From Chrysochromulina tobinii (taxonomy: Eukaryota): a stretch of DNA of 46,804 nucleotides. Made by a program: the position numbers and the translations under genes. Positions 39,073-46,804 of this stretch are shown piece by piece. The notes below the pieces were generated by a model that worked only from the letters and a program-made list of their open reading frames with translations, made no database searches and was not told the origin of the DNA. The stretch covers positions 1 through 46,804 of the forward strand of contig JWZX01003358.1 in the NCBI GenBank assembly GCA_001275005.1, read 5' to 3'. Numbering within the stretch: position 1 is the stretch's first letter; each line of letters starts with the position of its first letter.

Positions 39073-42032
39073 ATGCCGACTTCGGAGACTCATGTGCTTT
39101 CAGGTAGCCAACGTGAGATCTTGCCGCAGGAGACCCTGGAAGCACGGCTAGAACGGGCCCAGCGGCGCCTCGCTAGCCCAGCGAAGACGTCGTCACCGCC
39201 TTCACCCAACGGCGGCGTGCCCAATAGCTTAGAAGAGCGGCTGCTCAACGCGATCAGCGCGTCGGAGGCGAGCGTGCTGAGGGTGCTCCGCAGCCATGAG
39301 GCCGTCGTGCACGAGCTGAAGGAAGAGGTGGCCAATTTGATAGCCGGCGGCGCACCCAGGGCCGCCACGCCCAGCGCTGCCACGCCCAGCGCCGCCGAGA
39401 ACTCGGACAGCTTAGGCGCGGAGAAAAAAGGCAAATGGAATGCAAGCTCCTCAAAGGTGAGCGCAGTGCTCGGCGGACCATCGCAAATGCCTCCTCAAGG
39501 GGACCCCTCGCCCGCGCGCCGCCGTGTGAGGCGCGACAGTAAGGAGTCGCCGCGCGCGACCGAGGCACTCGCGCAGAATAAAGAGCAGATCTGGAGCCTC
39601 GTCAAGACAGATCAAAAGGTGGTCTCCCTGCTCAGCGACGCGCGCAAAGAGATGGATGCTTACGTGACGAAACACGACCTGGACGGGTCAAAGCACGGCG
39701 GCGACATGTACGGGTCCAAGGACGGAGTAAGGAGCATCACCCAGAGTGCGCGATCAAGGGCGCAGGGTGCGCGATCAAGGGTGGCGACAAAGGTCGCGCG
39801 CCTAAGGATGTCCGTATCTCAGACGTCTGCGGCCAGATACGCGGCGACGGTGCGCGACAGATACTTGAAGCGGTGGCTAGTCACTGGGCCGCTCGCGAGG
39901 CTGCGACGTGACGGCTGCTGCATCTTCTTCTTCGGGGGCGTCATGCACCCGGACGGCAGGTTCCGCTCCTCGTGGAACATGGCGATGGCGGCAGCCATCA
40001 TCTACTGCAGCGTCGTGGTGCCCATCGAGATCGCATTCGAGACTGACATGGTGTGGTGCTGATGGCCACTGAAGTCCCTCTGATGATGGCCCTCCGATGG
40101 CCACTGAAGTCCCTCTGATGATGTCCCTCTGATGGCCACTGGTTGCAGGTCGAGTCGATGTGCGGCACGGGCGAAGAGAAGGTGAAGCGCGCGCAGTGCA
40201 CCGACTTCCAGCTATGGTTCTGGCTCAACTTCGCCGTCGACGTTTGGTTCATCATCGACATCATCCTCAACTTTCGCACGGGCTTTGTCTTCGAGGGCCT
40301 CTTCGTCAACGATGCCTGGAAGGTGGCGAAACACTACATGCTGCGCGGCACTTTTTTCATCGATGTCCTCGGCTCCTTCCCGCTCAACCTCGTTCTCATG
40401 AGCGTCAACCCATCCAACCCGTACGGCGACATCGAGGAGGACAGTGGGGGCGATGCGACGCGCATGAACCGTATGCTGCGTCTCCTGCGGATGAGCAAGC
40501 TTGCGAAGCTCGCGCGAATGTTCAAGCTCTTCAAGTACCTCGAGGGCGCCGAGGCGATCATAGACCCGGGCAGCCTCCAGTTGTTCAAGCTCATCTTCAT
40601 CTCGCTCTTCTCCTGCCACCTCTTCGGCTGCGCCTGGTGGCTCATCTCGGACCTCGAGCTGTCGGGGGACCTGGGTCTCGAAAACGACTGGTACACGGAA
40701 GAGAACAAGTGGCAGCCGGCGAACTGGCTCAGGCAGGAGCCCAAGCTGCACATCAAGTACTTGCATGCCTTCTTTTGGGGTGCGGCCATGGTGACTTCGA
40801 TGGTGCCGTCGGACGTCATGCCCGTCACGTCCCTCGAGGTGACTTTGACCGTGACCGCGATGTTCTACGGTTTGATGATGAACGCGTATGTCATCTCATC
40901 GCTCACAGCGGCGCTTGGCGCGATGAACTCAAAGAAGGAGATCGTTGGCGCCCAGATCCAACGCATCAAGTCATTACTGCTCATCAAGCACGTGCCCGCC
41001 GACATCCGTTCGCGCATCCTCGAGTACTATGAGTACCAATACACCTCCTCTGCTGGGCTCGCCCAGATGACCGTGCTCAACAACATGCCGCCCGCGCTCA
41101 AGGCAACGCTCGACCTCGCGAGCAACCGGCGGCTCATAACGCGCTGCCCCATATTCCGTCAGATGACCAGCGCGTCGCTGCTCATGCTGCTCGACAAGAT
41201 GACGCCGGCCGTCTTCGTACCCAACCAGGTGATCGTGGTCGAGGGCACCCCGCTGCTCGCCATCTACTTTATCATCAAGGGCATTGTGATGCTGAGTCGG
41301 GATTCAGGGCCTTGTGAGAAGCTCACGGAGCCAGAGAACTGGGGTGCCGACGACTATCTCAGGGCATGCCTCGAGGAGGCGGAGGGAGGCTCGACAGTGA
41401 TGAATCGGAAGACCGCCCGCGCGGGCACCTATTGCGACGCCATTGCGCTCTCGACGGAGCTCATGACCGCGGAGCTCGCCACAGACAGCGCTTTCCAAGA
41501 GTACGTCCAGAGCGAGATCGAGAAGGCAGAGAGCCAGTTGAAAATCATCACGCGCCTGCGCGAAACGACCTTGCGTCGCGCTCCCACGTCGTTGCTGGGG
41601 GCGAAGTTGGCGAAGTTGGCGGCGGGGTCGAGTTCTTCGGTGGAAGAGAGTGCAGGAAACGCAAGTGCGACGATGAGCCCCCCAGCTGAGGAACCTTCCA
41701 GGCCCAATCGCGGATCGCCTGACGGCTCACCGGTCGGCGCGCGCCACACCTTTGGCCTTCATCTCGTTGCCGGGCTCATGCGCAAGAATGGCCGAACGCC
41801 TTCCGTAGCGACCTCCCGAGTGAGCGAGCAAGTGAGCACGGAAGGCGGTGCCGGCGTCTCCGACAGCAACGAGCCCAGTTGTAGAGGCGTGGGTGGCGGC
41901 AAGGGTGTTGGCTTCAACCCCATCTCTGCAGGCGCAGCCCCCGACCAACGCGCCCAACCAGCTGAGCGAATGGAAGCGCAAACCGCCTCGGGCGACGAGT
42001 TGTCCACGAGCAGCTCAGAGTTGAACGCGTGA
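39073..42032 (+). CDS. Cyclic-nucleotide-binding-domain cation channel (KCNH/HCN/CNG-like) with an atypical pore; exons 39073-40050 and 40149-42032
   Basis: MHPDGRFRSSWN (S1), VDVWFIIDIILNFRTGF (S2), FFIDVLGSFP (S3), S4 RMNRMLRLLRMSKLAKLARMFKLFK, HLFGCAWW (S5), C-linker IRSRILEYYEY, CNBD start CPIF...FVPNQVIVVEG..IYFIIKG. A 98-nt GT-AG intron lies at 40051-40148. Confidence 0.9.
40051..40148 (+). other. 98-nt intron built from CTGATGGCC / CTGAAGTCCCT repeats
   Basis: ATG|GTGTGG...TTGCAG|GTC; phase 0; joins the two ORFs in frame. Confidence 0.9.
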
Positions 42033-42393
42033 CACTCAGATGCTGCCGAGGCGACTGGCCTTGGCGCCGTGCATAGGACCCGGCGTATACACGTCCCAAT
42101 ACAAGACACTGCCTATCGTATCAGGCTCAGTCGTACCGACATAGCCGAGCGCCATAAGACATAGCCTTGCAGCCCTCACGTTTGCAGTTGTGACCGCGAG
42201 TTGAGTTGCCTCCCCTGCGGGTTCGGTACCGCAAGTTTTATCATCGGTGTCAATGTCTGTGCAGACCTAACACGTGAATGTGTCAACAACCAAATTTTAA
42301 TGGAAAGCCGTGTCGACACGGACCCGGGCGAAATACACGTATCTAGACGTGGTCGTGCCGCGGTACGTGCGACAGTGTACACCACACTTGCGT

Positions 42394-43560
42394 CTATCTG
42401 CTGAAGAGAGGAGAGTGCTCGTCAGGGCCCCGCGTGTGACGTGCGCCGCCCGGCGGCGGCACGGGTGGCTTGGCGAATCCACCCTCGGCGACTGTCTTGT
42501 AGGCGACGTAGCTGTCGCGTGGCTCCTGGGTGGTCGATGCGAGGAGGGACGAGCGCTGCTGCTCCACGGTCGCTGTGGATCGGTGAGTCGAGTGCAGTGC
42601 CACGCCCACGAGAGTCACACCCACGCCCGCCGCGAAGACGAGCTGCTCAAACGGCGCTAGCACATTGAACTCTTGGAAGAAGATGCCGCCGGTGATGACG
42701 GTGAGCACTGTGAGCAGCGCCTGGTAAGTGGGCACGGCAAAACTCACCGGTGAGTTGGCGAGGGTGCGGTGGAGGAAGCCGAGCTGGACCATGGCGCATA
42801 GCGCGAGAGCGACTAAGCTGAGCAGCCAGCCGGGCTCGAGGAGCGGCATATCCTTCTCGAGCGCCGCCAAGATACCTGTGCCGATCACCTTGAGCAGGAG
42901 CATCGACATCGCACCGCTCAGTGCCGCCGTGTAGGCCAACAGCAACACGCGAAAGGCGCGCGTTGTCTCGGGCGGGCCCATCGCGTTGGGCGTGCCAAGC
43001 TTGCTTTTCGGCGTGGAGGTCGGCAGCAGCGGCGGCTGCATGTGCGAGGGCACTTCGCGGGAAGCGTCGCGTCGCTGCGCGAGCGACTCGAATCCCCAGC
43101 CGAGCGCGAGCACGAACACGAGCATGCTCATGCACACATGAAAGTCGTGCCGGTTGAAGTAGCCGTAGAGCTCGTCGGGGCTCTTTGGGCCCTCTTCGAC
43201 GTGCGGGCCGTACGATGAGGTGAGGATCACACCGACGAGCGTCACCGCGGTCGACACCACGTCGTACAGATCCAGTGACTCGTGCACGAAGAGCATCCCC
43301 GATGAGGCGAGCCACGAGGTGATCACGATGGTGACGCCCGAGAAGGGCGCGAGCAGCGAGAGCGGCGCGAGCGCGAAGGCGATCACGTCGATGAGCGCCG
43401 CGTTGAAGATCAAGAAGATGAAGCCCATGAAGAAGAACCTGCGCCTCAAAAAGGGCAGGTCCGCCTCGGTCATGGCGGAGTGCTTCATGAGCACCAGGCC
43501 GATGGCAGACGAGAAGCAGCCGACGAGCGCCAGCACCATGCCCACAATCCATCGCTCCAT
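42394..43560 (-). CDS. NIPA-family magnesium transporter-like membrane protein
   Basis: About 9 hydrophobic segments; SAIGLVLMKHS, IAFALAPLSLLAPFSGVTIV, VQLGFLHRTL, AVPTYQA, GGIFFQEF. Confidence 0.85.
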   Translation of the reverse strand: MERWIVGMVLALVGCFSSAIGLVLMKHSAMTEADLPFLRRRFFFMGFIFLIFNAALIDVIAFALAPLSLLAPFSGVTIVITSWLASSGMLFVHESLDLYDVVSTAVTLVGVILTSSYGPHVEEGPKSPDELYGYFNRHDFHVCMSMLVFVLALGWGFESLAQRRDASREVPSHMQPPLLPTSTPKSKLGTPNAMGPPETTRAFRVLLLAYTAALSGAMSMLLLKVIGTGILAALEKDMPLLEPGWLLSLVALALCAMVQLGFLHRTLANSPVSFAVPTYQALLTVLTVITGGIFFQEFNVLAPFEQLVFAAGVGVTLVGVALHSTHRSTATVEQQRSSLLASTTQEPRDSYVAYKTVAEGGFAKPPVPPPGGARHTRGPDEHSPLFSR

Positions 43561-43788
43561 GGTGCCCACGTGCAACCGTTGGAGCACGCACGCTATCAGT
43601 ACGCTATGGATAGCGCGGGGGTTGGTTGGGCCGAAATCGCATAAAAACTCGCCTTCGTCCAAATGGCGGTCACGAATATGAGTACAAATAAAATCTCAGC
43701 CGAGTCTCCAGCGAGACACCCTGACTGATTTAAATCGCTTGATTGCCGTCGTCATTTTCAATACGGATTTCTGGCGCTTCTTGAGTCA

Positions 43789-44591
43789 ATGGCCGGTGTG
43801 GCCGTCGCGGCCATCCCCGACGATATCGCGGAGACGCACAAAGGCATCGTGCAGTTGTTCTCCTCGACGGATGATCAACGGTCCGTGCGCGAGTCTGGCC
43901 AGGCTATCGCTGCGCTCGACGAGTCCACGAAAGCGAGGCACCTCGAGATGCAGCAGTCGATCAAAGGTGTGCGGCCCGGCCCGCACAGCACACGCACGCC
44001 GCTGCGCGCCCTCGTCCCTCTCGGCCTCAGCGCCCCCCTCTCCTCTCCTGTGTTCATCTGCCCCAGAGCTGACTGGAGTCACGAATCGAATGCTTGACGA
44101 GCTCAACGACCGCAAATCCAACCTGCTCGATCCCACGACGAAGAGGGAGCTGCTCGCACAGAAGTCCCGCGCCGAGGACAACATCCGGCGCATGCAGGAG
44201 GACAATGCGAGCTTGCAGAACCAGGTGGGTGCGCTGAGCAACAAAGCCACCGACCTGACCACGAGCGAGCAGCAGATCAAGCAACGTGCGCAACGTGCCA
44301 GCCCATCTTCAAGCCCCAACGCGCGCCGCTGACCGTTGTCGCGACTGACTCTCGAATGCCTCGCCGCCGCCGGCAGGCGAGATAAACGAGGTCAAGCGTG
44401 CGAAGCACACGATCAGCCTGTACGCCAACATCTCGTCGATCAAATGGGACTACTCGAGCCCCAACGTCAAGGGCTGGATCACTGCTGGCGCGGCGAGCAC
44501 TGGGCGCATGCGCGCGTTCGAGATGGAGCGCGGCAGCCACTCTGACTTCCAGGTGGTCAACCACCTCTGGAATCTCATGGATAGCGTCTGA
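43789..44591 (+). CDS. SPC24: Kinetochore NDC80-complex subunit Spc24; exons 43789-43966, 44067-44285 and 44377-44591
   Basis: Two phase-1 GT-AG introns give a coiled coil followed by EVKRAKHTISLYANISSIKWDY...FQVVNHLWNLMDSV*, the Spc24 RWD-domain pattern. The second donor could alternatively be 44295. Confidence 0.8.
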
Positions 44592-44700
44592 GCTGATAGA
44601 CGAGCGGCGCGGGCCGAGTGCCAAGAGCGCAAGGCTAAGAGGGCATTTGAGTGTGTACGTAGTCGCATGATTGACAAATATACGAGGTCACTGTGCCGCG

Positions 44701-45054
44701 GCCCCGGCCGCTGCGGCCGCGCGCACTTGCCTTTCACCTCGCCTCGCAATCCGGTCGCCTAACGTCGCGCGTGCGGTGTGCCACGACCCACGTTAAATTG
44801 AAAATTCGTATTTTTCGTTATAATCGCGCGTCGTCGCGCGTAGCGCGGTCGGCAACGCCGTGTGATGCACAGAGCCATTAGAACCATGAGCTCAAACCGT
44901 ACAACACACATTGATAATAAATATATTAAAGGCCCTGGGGCCCTGCACGGGCTCGCGCGTTCGGTCGGCCTCGAGCCGACACGTGCAACCGCCCCTACAG
45001 CGATTGCGAGGCGAGGTGAAAGGCAAGTGCGCGCGGCCGCAGCGGCGCCGGGGC
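44701..45054. repeat. Inverted repeat with 45-bp perfect arms (44707-44751 and 45002-45046) around a ~250-bp, AT-richer spacer
   Basis: gccgctgcggccgcgcgcacttgcctttcacctcgcctcgcaatc and its exact reverse complement; extends imperfectly to gccccg/cggggc. Confidence 0.92.
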
Positions 45055-45089
45055 GTGCTCGACAGTACTCCGGACGTCCGTAACCTCGG

Positions 45090-46461
45090 TCACGACGCGC
45101 CCGCCTTCGTGCTCAAGCCGCGCATGCTCTTGGTGACAGTGCCCACCACGACGAGTCTCGTCTTCTCGGGTCGGCCAGCCTTGGCACGCTCGACGATGCT
45201 CCCTCGGACCTCGACGGTTACGAGGCGCCCGCCGCGCTTGGGCACCTCTGCTTCCCAATGCACCTGCTCGCCCACCCTCGCCGTCGAAAGATATTGCACA
45301 TCGAGCGTGACCGCCACGCCGCACTCAACTGGGTCGACCGAGAGCGACGGCCGCCGTGCCGAGCACATCGACCAGACTCGCGCTGCAGCCGCCGTGGAGG
45401 GCTTGGAAGCTGTTCGTGTGCGCGCCCGTCACGTCGAGCGTCCAGCACGAGGTTGTGGCAGCTCGCGCCTCGCCATGAAGATCAGCGCCGGAGCCCACGC
45501 CGCCGCCGCCGCTGCTGCCGCCGCCACTGCCGCCGCCGGACCGGCCGCCAGACCGCACAAGAGTGAGATGTGCGCGAAGCGGGCCATCCCAGCCCTGCAT
45601 CGGGAGGCCCGCGGCGCCCAATCGGGCAAAGTACTCGCGCTTGCCCGCCTCGGTGCGAGGCAGCCCCGTGTCCGGCTCTACGGCCGCGTCAAAAGGCACG
45701 CCCTTCGCCGTCGGCACGGCCGCTCGCGAAGCATCCGCACACGCATCCGCGGTGCTGCTCGGCGCTCGCGAGGACGCATTCGGCAAGCGCACGGTGCGTC
45801 CGTCGAGGCGCACCGTGCCGCCCCAAACCGCGAGGCGCGCGAGCAGATACTGCACCAGCGACGGGCGCAGTGCTAGCAGCGGCTGCACCAGCCGCGGCGC
45901 AGACGTATACTTGACATGCCAACCCCGTGCCATAAGCACGCCATCTGCGCGGTACAGCTTGCATTCTGTGTACGTGAGATTAGCGCCGCGCCGCAGGACG
46001 GTCGGTACGAGGCGCACGACCTCGTCAGGTGCACAGCCGTTCAGGTACGTGCAGCCGAGCGACGTGCTCACGCCGGGGTAGCCACCATCAGCTATGATGG
46101 CGATCGTGGTAGCAACGTCCACGGCACTGGCGATCGCGCCTCCGTGCATCGAGCCGAGAAAGTTGTGCAGCGCAGGCGTGAGGGCCAAACGCAATTCGAT
46201 CGCGCCCTCGGCATTTAACCCGGCATGTAGGTGATCAGCCAAGTTGTATGTGGAGCTGCCAGCCGTGGCTGCCAGCGCCAGGCGCGCGCGTTGCAGCTTC
46301 TGCGCCTGGGTGAGCCGCACGTCGGTTGGGAAGAGAGCATGGCTGATGGCAGCGACGGCGAGCGCTGCCACGACGAGAACTACCAGCGAATTCGTGGGGA
46401 GTACGGCCGTCGCGTAGGCAAATGCAGCGACGGTGACGATGCGGAGGAATTCCATGATCAT
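45090..46461 (-). CDS. Tandem hotdog-fold acyl-CoA thioesterase (ACOT13/PaaI-like) with an N-terminal TM segment; apparent frameshift near 45340
   Basis: Domain 1: HNFLGSMHGGAIASAVD, PGVSTSLGCTYL. Domain 2: HTNSFQALHGGCSASLVDVLGTAAV, continuing in another frame as CGVAVTLDVQYLSTARVGE...KRGGRLVTVEV to a stop at 45090. Confidence 0.83.
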
Positions 46462-46804
46462 CGCCCCTCCAGCGTGAAGAGATTCTTCACGTGAGCATCC
46501 GTGAGTCCGGTGTGTGTCCCGGCTTATCGCAAGCTTATCAGGTGGCGCACGCTTGGACAGTCCTTTTGACTGTTCGAGCCTCCTGAACCGCCTCGTACAG
46601 CCGCAACTCCATGAGCTCGCCTCCGACTCGCACGCCTCATACGGATTCACATCGGCTTGCCTTACACGGATTCACACGTGTGACGAAAATCGAGCACCGG
46701 CAGGAATCTGCTCACAGGATTTGGGATTTTTGGGTGGTAGGGTAGGGTGGGTGTGCCGCATTTTGGGTAGGTAGGTAGGGGTGGCCGCCACCCAGGGCCG
46801 GTCG

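Noticed and set aside
26569..46461. Possible lipid biosynthetic gene cluster (fibrillin, CAR-like, PEMT fusion, thioesterase)
   Set aside because: The genes are interspersed with unrelated housekeeping genes (PP2C, channel, NIPA, SPC24). Co-location alone is not evidence; co-expression or conserved synteny would be needed.
19..46774. Hundreds of overlapping alternative-frame and antisense ORFs (e.g. 17926-19389 +, 36445-37761 +, 44911-45876 +, 6102-7091 +)
   Set aside because: They are shadow ORFs expected in high-GC coding DNA: Arg/Ala-rich, lacking motifs, and overlapping well-supported genes.
46732..46781. GGTAGG-rich tract at the window end as a telomere
   Set aside because: Short, degenerate and followed by ordinary sequence; not a terminal telomeric array.

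Overview
Gene-dense, GC-rich eukaryotic nuclear DNA with short GT-AG introns, poly-Ala/Ser/Gly tracts and a fibrillin carrying a probable bipartite plastid-targeting N-terminus. The style suggests a haptophyte-like alga, but that assignment is inference. About 21 protein-coding genes are supported: a ZRANB3-like helicase-HNH (5'-partial, with a poly-G frameshift), two mitochondrial carriers, EFL1, taspase-1, a plant-type trifunctional tRNA ligase, a GT8 glycosyltransferase, an EDR2/DUF1336 protein, a fibrillin, a zinc-finger-capped carboxylic-acid-reductase-like (A-T-R) enzyme, PP2C, a CNBD-type cation channel, a NIPA transporter, a three-exon SPC24, a tandem hotdog thioesterase and several hypotheticals. 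The best candidate for an undescribed system is a two-exon gene fusing an Mpo1/DUF962-like domain, a putative HxD...H Fe(II) dioxygenase and a PEMT-type lipid methyltransferase. Other leads are the Zn-finger CAR-like enzyme, a KCNH/HCN-like channel lacking the GYG filter, two unrelated introns built from the same CTGATGGC repeat, and a 45-bp inverted repeat between convergent genes. No rRNA, tRNA, CRISPR array or transposase was recognised. All family calls come from motif recognition by eye, not database searches.
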